Assembly (NCBI RefSeq): GCF_006345805.1
Contig: NC_043001.1
Location: 69,130,001-69,194,000, forward strand
Origin: Octopus sinensis
Lineage: Eukaryota
Direction: 5' to 3'
DNA length: 64,000 bases
Below, in pieces: positions 27,285 to 38,597 of this stretch. A program made the position numbers and the translations under genes. Under the pieces are notes generated by a model. That model did not search any database. It was not told the DNA's origin and saw nothing but the letters and a program-made list of their open reading frames with translations. Position 1 is the stretch's first letter. Every line of letters begins with the position of its first letter.

Positions 27285-27331
<47 letters not shown>

Positions 27332-27705
27332 TGTGTGTATGTGTGTATATATATGTATTTTCCTCATGTATATGCAGTTTCGTTCTTGCATAACTGAAAT
27401 AACTTTAAGATATATTGATTTTATAAATTACAATATTACTCCTCTTATAACTTTCTCATACATCTGTTTATATTTTATGTAATATAAATGATATAACGCA
27501 TCTAATAATAATAATTATTATTATTATTATAATAATAATGATAATTGATTCTTGTGTATGCTTATACAGGGAAATATGTATCCAGATTTAAGTGTAGGTA
27601 TATGTATTTATGTATATTTATATATGTATGCATATGTATATGTATATATATATGTATGTACATGTGTGTGCGTTTATATTTATAACTTAACCTTATGTAA
27701 TTTCT

Positions 27706-27837
27706 AAAATCTCTGACGAAGCCTAGAGAAACACCCAAGTACGTCAATTTCATCTACTAATTACTTCAGTCGACTGGAGGGATAAAGGTAGAATAAGGTA
27801 TTTATGTGTCTTGACTGAAACAGCTGTAAGATATTTT
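27706..27837 (+). ncRNA. Type I HHR with very long (about 97 nt), partly decayed stem II
   Basis: Stem I aaaatct/agat(a)tttt; CTGACGA 27713-27719; GAAA 27817-27820; perfectly palindromic stem III acagctgt; GUA cleavage after 27828. Confidence 0.7.
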
Positions 27838-28119
27838 CCCAATTTCTATTCCTGTATGTTATATATTTTAATAATTACTGGTATCTTTATATATTTTATA
27901 TGTAAAGCATAATATTTCATACATGTATGTATATTATTGTAATTGTCATTTTTGTAACTAAATAAATACATTGACATAATATAATGTCTAAAAGTTGATG
28001 AACCACCTATTGATTCTCTCCATTTTCTTATTGATATATATTGAATATATATAGATATATATTCAGTGTGAATACTTGATAAATGTATATGCCAGCTATT
28101 AGCAGAGGTGAGAGGATAT

Positions 28120-28507
28120 ATGTATCAAATGAAATAAAATAAAAACAGGACTCAAAGGATGTCGCGGTACACATGTTTCGAGCTTTATAAAACAACATAT
28201 TCTTACATGAATGTATAATCGACATAACAGATAGTTTAAAGCCCTCTTCAGCCGCATTCAATTGCTACACCAAAGACTTGTATCACATTATGAAACGTTT
28301 GAGAAAGAAAATTTGGTATTATTTATAATGGTAGGTAAACTGAGTATCACTGAGAAAGTATGTTTGTAAATCTTCATAGTCAAATAGGTGTACAGGGTAT
28401 TATTGGACTCCAAAAATCCTTCCATACCGTTTTCTCACTCAATATAGAGTGAATACTGGGTAGATTCCGGTTGGGTTCATTCCTCTAGTAAGGGAAGGAA
28501 ATAAGGA
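28120..28507 (-). repeat. Left arm of an approximately 390-bp inverted repeat (partner 29702-30090), pseudo-LTR-like
   Basis: Reverse complement aligns with 29702-30090 at roughly 90 percent by eye. Confidence 0.9.
28164..28255 (-). ncRNA. Type I HHR, intact core
   Basis: Minus strand: gcgg-CTGAAGA-gggcttta...tataaagctc-GAAA-catgtg-TA-ccgc. Stem II base 8 bp; stem III acatgtgt; cleavage between 28168 and 28167. Confidence 0.85.
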
Positions 28508-28783
28508 ATATATAGGTATGTGGATATGTACATATGTGTGCATGTATATGTGCGTATACTTGTATGTATAGATACGTTGGGTATGTATAGGTGTACATTT
28601 GTATATGTATGTGTATATATGTAGGGCTATATGTATATGTGTGTATATGTATGTGTATGTATATGTGCATGTGTATGTGTGTGTATGTATGCATGTATAT
28701 ATGCATATATATATGTTTGTGTGTGTGTGTGTGTGTGTCTGTGTGTGTGCGTATGTGTAGGTATATGTATGTGTCTATATATG

Positions 28784-28825
<42 letters not shown>

Positions 28826-28829
<4 letters not shown>

Positions 28830-29068
28830 TATAAGCGGGATCAGCCATCTGAATGTGGCTAGGGACAGGGCGGGGTGGTGGGGGTGTTACTGATGCATTT
28901 AGCCCCAGGCGACTATAGACGTCACTAGAAGAGCCGACAAGGACACCGTGATGGTGTCGGCTCTTCTAGTGACGTCTATAGTCGCCTGGGGCTAAATGCA
29001 TCAGTAACACCCCCACCACCCCGCCCTGTCCCTAGCCACATTCAGATGGCTGATCCCGCTTATATTAA
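28826..29068. repeat. Perfect palindrome: 114-bp arms (28826-28939 / 28955-29068), 15-nt spacer
   Basis: Checked base by base with no mismatch. The arm encodes ISGISHLNVARDRAGWWGCY*, resembling the A.DR..W motif at RTE LINE C-termini. Confidence 0.97.
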
Positions 29069-29701
29069 AGAGCAGTTACTGTTTATACCTCGCTGAGAGA
29101 TTTATTATTGTATATATATATATATACATATATATAATGTTGATTGAGGTTAACATGGTGTGTGTAATAATACCTATATTTGGACATATCACTAGTTGCA
29201 TGAGATAGCTTTATATACGTGAGAGTGGGTAAATATGTAGACACACACGTACACACATACAAGATATACTTAAAGTATGTAGCGTCGGATCGCTATAAAC
29301 TGACCACTCGCTACAACTATATCATATTTCACTCCTCTTCCGCCCCCCCCCGATAATTAGAAGTAATTTACGACGTTCACCACAGCATCAGAACATTAAT
29401 CCATTATCTCCCTATCTTAATCCTTTTGACTTTACGATCACTGTATACTTTTGTATCTTTTTATCTTTATTTCATTTTATTTTTGTTTTTTATTTTAATT
29501 TTCACAATACATTTCTAGAATTTATGACCTGACGTTCTTTATATCTTTATATATTTATATTTTTATATCTTTATCTTTTATTATATTTTATTATCTTTTA
29601 TAACTATTTATATTTATATATTTTTTGTAATCCCAACATCTTTTACTTTTCCTCCCCTCCCCCTCTATTCTCCTTTTTCTCTTTTTCTCAACATCCAATC
29701 C

Positions 29702-30088
29702 TCCTTATTTCCTTCCCTTACAAGAGGAATGAACCCAACCGGAATCTACCCAATATTCACTCTATATTGAGTGAGAAAACGGTATGGACAGATTTTGGAG
29801 TCCAATAATTCCCTGTACACCTATTTGTTTATGAAAATTTACAAACATACCTTCTCAGTGATACTCAGTTTACCTACCATTATAAATAATACCAAATGTT
29901 CTTTCTCAAACGTTTCATAATGTGATACAAGTCTTTGGTGTAGCAATTGCATGCAGCTCAAGAGGGCTTTAAACTATCTGTTATGTCGATTATACATTGA
30001 TGTAAGAATAAGTTGGTTTATAAAGCTCGAAACATGTGTACCGTGACATCCTTTGAGTCCTGTTTTTCTATTTTGTTTCATTTGATAC

Positions 30089-30090
<2 letters not shown>
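29702..30090 (+). repeat. Right arm of the inverted repeat, with an inactivated HHR at 29953-30044
   Basis: Core reads CTCAAGA (G5 to C) and stem I gcag/ccgt is mismatched; preceded by a T-rich tract (about 29400-29700). Confidence 0.88.
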
Positions 30091-30171
<81 letters not shown>

Positions 30172-30386
30172 TAAAATTTTTATAATAATATAACTATGCG
30201 ATGACACTTGGTCACATATATATTTAATTCTAACATTTGTAAATTTATAACTCGATGTACAACACTGAGCAGAATAATAGGTAAATATAACTTACTTTAA
30301 ACTCGAAACGTTTCTGGGGTTAATCGAAGACGTATGGATTCATTATTTTTCTTTTTACTTACATAAAAATGTGTTATATATTTATA

Positions 30387-30475
<89 letters not shown>

Positions 30476-30540
30476 ATACATATATACATGCATACATACA
30501 TATACATATATATATATATACATACATACATATATATATA

Positions 30541-30951
30541 GGCGCAGGAGTGGCTGTGTGGTAAGTAACTTGCTTACCAAGCACATGGTTCCGGGTTCAG
30601 TCCCACTGAATGGCACCTTGGGCAAGTGTCTTCTATTATAGCCTCGGGCCGACCAAAGACTTGTGAGTGGATTTGGTAGACGGAAACTGAAAGAATCTCG
30701 TCGTATATATGTATATATATATATGTGCGTGTGTGTTTGTGTGTCTGCGTTTGTCCCCCCAACATCGCTTGACAACCGATACTGGTGTGTTTACGTCCCC
30801 GTAACTTAGCGTTTCGACAAAAGAGCCCGATAGAATATGTACTGGGCTTACAAAGAATAAGTCCCGGGGCGAGTTGCTCGATTAAAGGTGGTGCTCCACC
30901 ATGGCAGCAGTCAAATGACTGAAACAAGTAAAATAGTAAAGAGTAAAGAGT
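30541..30951 (+). mobile_element. Full-length tRNA-derived SINE family 1
   Basis: A box tggctgtgtggt, B box ggttcagtccc; conserved central domain (gggcaagtgtcttct..gatttggtagacggaaactgaaagaa; Nin/Deu-like from memory, unverified); internal microsatellite; LINE-like tail; (gtaaaga)n end. Confidence 0.92.
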
Positions 30952-31297
30952 AATATATATATATATAATTGAAGAAATGACGGATTGAAAGTGTTATCAT
31001 GCAGACAGCAAATATCGGGATAAGACACGTGCAGAGTAAGTGAGAGAGATAAAAATTTTGGACCAAAACAAATGGGGAAATCCGAGTTGAAAACAGAATG
31101 AAACCTTTATGCAATGAAATTTTTGGCATTTCTTTTTTCGGCATATAAATTCAATTAGAAGCCCGAGTGAACTGTTTTGACAAGCTGGCTTGCAAATTGT
31201 TTAATATATATTTTTGAATGCTGTTCTGCAGTTTTTATGTGAGATTGTATACATGCATACATACATACATACATACAAACATACATACATACATACA

Positions 31298-31333
<36 letters not shown>

Positions 31334-31998
31334 TCTTGGCTGGGTGTCTAATAGGTTAGTTTTGAATAGCAACACCTGAACATTCTTCATGGCAGTTGCA
31401 AGAGCAGTTGAAGGAATATGTAAGAGTGGCTTCAAAGTTTTGTTTAAGAGGCTTTTGGTTAAGAGGTTAAGTGGTTAAGAGGTTAAGTAATTAAGAGTTT
31501 TGGTCAAGCTGTTTCATTACAGACACTAAATCCGAAACGACGAAGTGTCCGTCAGACTTTTTCTTTTAAAGCAATCGTTAAACATGAGAAACGTTGTACT
31601 CCACTAAAATGCATTCACCATTGCTTTGCATTATCATTTTATCAAAAGATAAACAGGCATGCATACACACAAACGCACACACACACACATATATACACGT
31701 ACGTAAATACATACATGCATACATACACACATACTACATAAAACGACACACACACATGTATACATATATATATATATGTGTTTATATAAATAAGTATAAG
31801 ATCATTATTTAAATACCGATCTTATCAGGTGGCCAGCATGGGAATAAAAACCTTCAAAGGTAATAATTATAATATATATGTGTATATATACGTATGTATA
31901 TGTGTGTTTGTATGGATATATTATGTATGTGCGTAGGTAAGTATGTAGGTACATAGGTTGGCATACTTGTGTGTGTGTGAGTGAGAAAGAGTATGTGT

Positions 31999-32039
<41 letters not shown>

Positions 32040-33054
32040 CATACATATATATATATATAGATACATATATACATATAGATATATATGTATGTGCATTTAC
32101 CCTTTTGTGTAAGTGTGTATTTAATTGTGTGTGGGGGCTTGCGTGAATGTATAAACATGAAATGTAATATACGCATTCAGTATACACTTTCACATTCACT
32201 CACGTACATAGAAACACGCCCACGCATGCACATTCATATTCATACGCCGCCACACACAAACATATACAAATTGTCACACATACACACGTTCACTCATACA
32301 TTTGCACACATGCACACACGCACACTCGCACTTGTAGCCTGAGACACACAGTAATAAATCACCAATGAACAGCAAACCGTTGTGAAAATATTGCAGCAGA
32401 GTGTTCAGTATAATTATTGACGGAAGTTAATGAATGTTTCCAGTTCTCTAATGGACATTTAATGCTAACAAAGTTGTGTCAAACTGGGCCATAAAATTGT
32501 TGATTTATTTCAATATTCGGTTCACCCAGTACAAAAGTGGTGGTCAATGCAACATTGTTATTATAGTAATCGAAATGGAGTAGATACGGCGCAGCACGTT
32601 ACTACACATCTATTATGTTCACGCAGAATTTAACTTAGAGACACTTATATAACAAATGCCTCCATATTGCCGTACACATTGATACAAATAGGCAGAGGCA
32701 CACACAAACACACACACACATGCTCTCGAGCAAACAGACACGCTCACGCACACACAAAGACACGCACGCACGCACACACGCGCAAACACACACAAACATA
32801 TATATACCATGAATGCGTATTTGTATATATTTTGCATAGAGTTGGCATTCCAAAATTGATATATTAAGAATATCGGCGCCTTCTGACAATACAGAAATAA
32901 GCTTGTGTGTGTGTGTGTGTGTGTGCGTTGTTTCTCCATGTGCACATGTGCGTTTATTTGTGCGACGGTTTTTGTGTATATGTGTGTATGTGAGAATAAT
33001 TATATGTCAATACTATATATAAACTTAACTATATATTTATACTCACACACACGT

Positions 33055-33375
33055 GGCTGTGGGGTTAGAAGCTTGCTTCCCAACCACATGGTTCTGAGTT
33101 CAGTCCCACTGCTGGCACCTTAGGCAAGTGTTTCCTACTATAGCCTCGGACCGACCAAACCTTGTGAGTGGATTAAGTAGATGGTAACTGAAATACGCCT
33201 GTCGTATATATGTGTGTGTGTGTATTTGTGTCTGTGTTTGTCTCCCACCATCACTTGGCAAACGATCTTAACGTGTTTACGTCCCCGTAACTTAGCGGTT
33301 CGGCAAAGAGGGACCGATAGTATATGTACTAGGCTTACAATAAGTCCTGGGGTTGATTTGTACGACTGAAACAAA
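33055..33375 (+). mobile_element. SINE family 1 copy directly abutting the LINE 5' truncation point
   Basis: Head, central domain and 3' half present; the tail stem-loop region is absent. Confidence 0.85.
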
Positions 33376-33383
33376 TAATGAAA

Positions 33384-36261
33384 CAGGACTGAAACAGGAA
33401 AGAAAGGAGTCATGGAGGTGTTGCTATGTACATCCGTGAGGACCTCACACCCCAGGTCCTCTTGTCATACTCAAACTCGGTGTGTGACACACTAATTGTA
33501 CATATTAGGCAACTTGATGTAGTTGTGTGTGCTACATATCGCCCTCCAGATGCCCCAAGCCATGTGGGCAAGTTTGAAGACTGCCTTATAAAAATAGAAG
33601 AAATTCTAACCACATTAGAACAACACATAGGTGTGCTTCTTATGGGAGACTTCAATCTGCCCAATGTCAGATGGCCCGGGGGCCTTTCTCTCCCAGGAAT
33701 GACAAGATGTGAACGAGGACAGGCGAGGTCCCTCCTGAACCTCATCAACACCCTGTACATGGAGCAGGTAATACTCCAACCAACCAGGGCAGGTAACACA
33801 CTGGATCTCTGCTTCACAAATGACATGGATCTCATCCATAATGTGAAAGTGACACCGAAACTACTCTCGGATCACAACATGATAGAGCTGACCATGTACG
33901 GGCCAAAAGAGAGCACGGACATGCAGCCTACAAGAAACCCTCAAAATCTTTCCAGATTGAACTACCATAAGGCAAACTGGAAACAAATTGAGAATGAGAT
34001 CCTCAAACAAAACTGGCCTAAATGTCTCTCCTCGCCAGACATCGACGTGAAACTTCAACAATTCATGTCTGTAATGCAAGCCATATGCTACAAATGTGTC
34101 CCAGAGAGAAAGGCCACTGTACACAAGAACAAAATCCCCAGAGAGAGGAAAATTTTAATGAGACGGCGTACGAAATTTTCAAATCGCCTAAACAAACAGA
34201 TTGAAAGCAGTGAAAAGTCCCACCTAAAAATAAAACTGTTGGAAATCGAAAAATGTCTGCAACTCTCCCATGAAAAAGAAAGAGCAGACAAAGAAGCCTG
34301 GGCTATAGAAAACATAAAATCTAACCCCAGAGCTTTCTACAGGTATGCCAAAGAAACAGCTACAGTGCACTGTAGAATAGGGCCACTCCTCGAAAAGGAT
34401 GGCACACTTACAGGAAAACCAATGAGGGTAAGTGAAATACTGAATGAGCAATTCAAGAGTGTTTTCACTCCACCCCTTGGGCATCTCCAAATCACCAATC
34501 CAACTGACTTTTTTACCACTGCAGATATAAAATCAGAGACGGCGACGATAGATTACATCGATATAAAGGAAGACGATGTAACCAAGGCTATAGATGAAAT
34601 GAAAACAGACAAAGCTACTGGCCCCGATGGATTCCCGGCAATCCTCCTAAAAGCATGTAAGAGAGTCCTAGCAAGACCACTGCAGTTCCTCTTTCAGAGC
34701 TTCCTTGCAGCTGGCAAACTTCCAGGAAAACTGAAGGAAGGTAAAATATGCCCCATTCATAAAGGAGGTAGCAGAGCGGAAGCCAAGAACTATAGACCTA
34801 TCTCTCTGACCTCACACATCAGCAAGGTCATGGAACGAATAGTCAGAAGGAAGCTGATCACCTTCCTTGAAGAGAATGACTTGCTGCCCGACACCCAACA
34901 TGGTTTCCGACCAGGGAGAAGCTGTTTAACTCAGCTCCTACAACACTATGACTGGGTGCTGAAACGGCTGCTCAACCAATCAAATGTGGAAGTGATATAT
35001 CTCGACTTTGCAAAGGCCTTTGATAAAGTCGATCATGGAATGATATGTCACAAACTGCGTGATCTCAACATAGTTGGAAAACTGGGAGAATGGCTTCATG
35101 ACTTTCTGAAGGATAGAAGTCAGGTGGTAGTAGCCAATGGGGCCACCTCCATTAACACACAAATAGTGAGCGGTGTTCCGCAGGGCACTGTTCTGGGACC
35201 ACTACTGTTCATAATGGCCCTCTCAGACATGCCCTCAGCCACGCAGAGAGCCACGATCACAAGTTATGCAGATGATACAAAAGTTTCACAGGCAATACAG
35301 AACCCTGAGGACACTAAACACCTGCAATGTGAGCTGGACGAAATATACAAGTGGGCTGAAAAGAATAGCATGCAGTTCAATGCTGGAAAGTTTCAAGCTT
35401 TATACTATCAGCATGCAAAACTGAATGCAATACCCAATGAATACACTGGACCCGGAGGGATTGCAATCCCAGAGGCACAATCAGTGCGTGACCTGGGTAT
35501 TCACATGAATGATGACGCGACCTTTCATGTACATGTTGCTAAACTGACAATGAAATGTAGACGGCTGGCTGGATGGATTCTTAGAACCTTTAGAACAAGA
35601 GAACAAGAAACCATGATGGTCCTCTGGAAGACACTTGTCCTAAGCCACTTTGACTATTGCTCTCAGCTATGGTCACCATCCAGTGTCAAGTTGATCACAG
35701 AACTTGAGGCGATCCAACGAAGCTACACGATGAAGATAGCCTCTATGCAGAATGTAAGCTACTGGGAAAGACTCAAGAGATTAAAATTATATTCCCTGGA
35801 GCGTAGGCGGGAAAGATATGCCATAATATACATCTGGAAGATCCTGGAGGGAAGTGTCCTGAACTTTGGCATCGAGAGTTACACAAATGCCAGAACTGGG
35901 CGCCACTGCGTGGTGCCTAGGACTCCAAGCCTGCCATCAAGATGTAGGACAAGATTCTGTGATAGCCTGGGCTTCCGAGGCCCACAGCTCTTCAATATCC
36001 TCCCGAAGAACCTGAGAGACCTGCATGGGGTGGATACAGATGTCTTTAAAATGAAGCTGGATCTCTTCCTGTCAGGTGTCCCAGATGAACCAACTTCACG
36101 GCAGGAGGGGCAGATGAGGGCAGCTGCATCGAACTCTCTCATGCACCAAATAGCAGTTGCTAGAAAGCCTCCATGAAGTGAAACCAAGTAGCAACACCAA
36201 ATGGCGGTGCCCCAGCATGGCCACAGCTCATAAGCTGAAACTAGAATCAATCAATCAATCA
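33384..36261 (+). mobile_element. 5'-truncated CR1/L2-group non-LTR retrotransposon
   Basis: Begins inside the APE domain (..KKRSHGGVAMYI); about 85-nt 3' UTR with stem-loops and (AATC)n tail, then (TA)n. Confidence 0.93.
33426..36176 (+). CDS. LINE ORF2: partial APE endonuclease plus reverse transcriptase, 916 aa uninterrupted
   Basis: APE motifs YRPP, GDFN, LDLCFT, SDH. RT motifs KATGPDG, NYRPISL, QHGFRPGRSCLTQL, YLDFAKAFDKV, GVPQGTVLGPLLF, YADD, RDLGI. Confidence 0.96.
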   Translation: MYIREDLTPQVLLSYSNSVCDTLIVHIRQLDVVVCATYRPPDAPSHVGKFEDCLIKIEEILTTLEQHIGVLLMGDFNLPNVRWPGGLSLPGMTRCERGQARSLLNLINTLYMEQVILQPTRAGNTLDLCFTNDMDLIHNVKVTPKLLSDHNMIELTMYGPKESTDMQPTRNPQNLSRLNYHKANWKQIENEILKQNWPKCLSSPDIDVKLQQFMSVMQAICYKCVPERKATVHKNKIPRERKILMRRRTKFSNRLNKQIESSEKSHLKIKLLEIEKCLQLSHEKERADKEAWAIENIKSNPRAFYRYAKETATVHCRIGPLLEKDGTLTGKPMRVSEILNEQFKSVFTPPLGHLQITNPTDFFTTADIKSETATIDYIDIKEDDVTKAIDEMKTDKATGPDGFPAILLKACKRVLARPLQFLFQSFLAAGKLPGKLKEGKICPIHKGGSRAEAKNYRPISLTSHISKVMERIVRRKLITFLEENDLLPDTQHGFRPGRSCLTQLLQHYDWVLKRLLNQSNVEVIYLDFAKAFDKVDHGMICHKLRDLNIVGKLGEWLHDFLKDRSQVVVANGATSINTQIVSGVPQGTVLGPLLFIMALSDMPSATQRATITSYADDTKVSQAIQNPEDTKHLQCELDEIYKWAEKNSMQFNAGKFQALYYQHAKLNAIPNEYTGPGGIAIPEAQSVRDLGIHMNDDATFHVHVAKLTMKCRRLAGWILRTFRTREQETMMVLWKTLVLSHFDYCSQLWSPSSVKLITELEAIQRSYTMKIASMQNVSYWERLKRLKLYSLERRRERYAIIYIWKILEGSVLNFGIESYTNARTGRHCVVPRTPSLPSRCRTRFCDSLGFRGPQLFNILPKNLRDLHGVDTDVFKMKLDLFLSGVPDEPTSRQEGQMRAAASNSLMHQIAVARKPP

Positions 36262-36339
<78 letters not shown>

Positions 36340-38221
36340 CATACGTATATCTAAATACATACAAATATATACATACACACAAACATATCTGTATACGTAC
36401 ATATGTATATATATACAGTGTGTATGTGTGTGTACGTGTGTGATTGCGGGACCTGCATCAAATAGCAGCCAGATTTCTCTCAGTTGTCAACCTAGAGTCT
36501 TAGACGAAGAATATCTTTAATATCGTTTTCTGTTGCAGACATGACTGAGAATGAGACAAACGCTAGTCATAGCATAAAAGTCAATCAGTCTCGACATGAG
36601 ACTGTAAAATGAAAGCATCTACAAGTAATAACATCCTTGATACTAACCTTTGAAAATAAATATGCTTTGACCATAAACTAAGGAGTGCTATCATTTAAAC
36701 TATATGCGATATGCCAGAATGTATTCCTGATTTCGTTATTTTAATATTTGGGGAAAATGCCCGGATATACTGTAAAAATACAACGTTCACCACGCTGCTA
36801 AAATAGCGTCGAGTCATCAAATATTGCGTGACACATTATTGTAACGTGGTTTTCTTCCATAAATTTAAATGTTTTTACAACCGTTCAATGGATCTCGGAT
36901 ATTGAAACAGCAAAAGCTAACAAAACTTCGAAAGGGTTTTGAATTATATAATACCTTTGATTATAGTTTAAACTTTTTACATTGGTTTGTCTGTGTTGTT
37001 GAAAAGTTCTTTTACTAGCAACGAGATTTCGTTAGATTCTATTGCGTGATATGTGGGACAAATATCCTCAGGCTGACAAATATATGGTGAGAGAAATACC
37101 AAAGACAGAAACTGTGTTGAATCTCCTAAATGGATCGCCTCCCGTTTTACAATCACCACTATTCACCTCTTGGTTATCTTTAGCAAAGTCCATGGCCTGA
37201 AGATAACGTTCTCCTTTTTTCCTATCACAAATGTTAGTCTTGGCAACTTCGATAAGGGTCAGCTTACAGCAATTCATGTCATGTCAAAGCAATACAACCA
37301 CGCAACATTACTTCCCTTTCTCATAATTAATCTTTTATTAATTTCCGATCAAATAAATATCACTTCTCATTCTCTTTTGCCGTTCCTCTATCTCTCAATT
37401 TTTTCTCAGTGTGTGTGTGTTTGTATGTGTGTGCATATGTGTGAATGATTTCCTTCTGTTCATATTCTCTATACTTATGTAAAAGCCCCTCCCTTTATAT
37501 ATTGCACAACATTAAACTCGTTAGCAACTGATGTCAGGAGTTCAATCAGAATAGAAAACATCCAAATGTATCCGTTGAAAAGATCATTGTCCAAATCCAA
37601 CAGAGGAGGGAAATGGACGTCTGTTTGTTTATCTCTCGCCTATGTGGGAAGATATCGATGTATCATTAGTAAGGGATGAATAGCACACGAAATAAGTGCC
37701 CTTTAAATAAGAGGTTGGACGTTACAGTTACGCCATTCATCGATTGAAAAATCCTTGCAGCTTGTTGCTTCTTCAGTATGGTTTGGGACGACTACTATAT
37801 TAGCAGATATTTATTGTAGCATGAGAGACCGCGATGACGAATATATGGTTCGAAAGTGTTTAAAACGTGTCTGCATATATCACCAATTGGTAGAGAATCT
37901 AATCTTATAAGAAAGTTGTGGATCAACATATTCTGGAACGATTGCCTGTTTTAACGGAATTGCTCTTACGGCCTTATTTCAAGTTAAGAGTGAGATAATT
38001 CTATGAAATGACTTATTCAACGGAGATATTTTAGACTAATGCATTTCCGTCTCTTATAGAAATCATATATTATGACACTGGTACATGTTAACTTACATTG
38101 TGGTTAAGGTTTCTAAAACGAGGACACTGTTTATTGTCCCGCTATTCATTTCTATGCACACGCGCATGAACACGTGCGAGCGCGTGAACGTAAATACAGA
38201 GTCTCATATATATATACTCTT

Positions 38222-38597
38222 TTACTCTTTTACTTGTTTCAGTGGCCATGCTGGAGTACCGCCTTTAGTTGAGCAAATCGACACCAGGACTTCTTCTTTG
38301 TAAGCCTAATACTTATTCTATCGGGCTCTTTTGCCGAACCGCTAAGTTACGGTAACGTAAACACACCAGCATCGGTTATCAAGCGATGTTGGGGAGAAAA
38401 ACAGACATACAAACATACACCCCCCACACACACATATATACATATATACATATATACGACGGACTTCTTTCAGTTTCCGTCTGCCAAATCCACTCACAAG
38501 GCCTTGGTCGACCTGAGGCTATAGTAGAAGAAACTTGCCCAAAGTGCCACGCAGTGGAACTGAACCCGGAACCATGTGGTTGGTAAACAAGCTACTT
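38222..38597 (-). mobile_element. SINE family 1 body; its head continues at 40630-40668 beyond a 2-kb insertion
   Basis: Antisense tail, body and B box up to ggtaaacaagctactt; resumes ggtaaacaagctacttgccacacggccactcctacgcc at 40630. Confidence 0.9.

Noticed and set aside
30274-30325. CTGAGCA..ctcgaaacgttt
   Set aside because: Core G8 altered and stem I absent; too degenerate to call.
30541-30615. tRNA-like A and B boxes
   Set aside because: SINE head, not a tRNA gene; no complete cloverleaf and it continues into the SINE body.
31455-31500. (ggttaaga)-type short repeat resembling telomeric sequence
   Set aside because: Not TTAGGG; short degenerate minisatellite.
33410-36250. Antisense and alternative-frame ORFs over the LINE
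   Set aside because: Shadows of the real RT frame; no motifs.
36950-37900. Unique-looking sequence with several open frames and splice-like sites on both strands
   Set aside because: Mutually incompatible exon models; none can be chosen from sequence alone.
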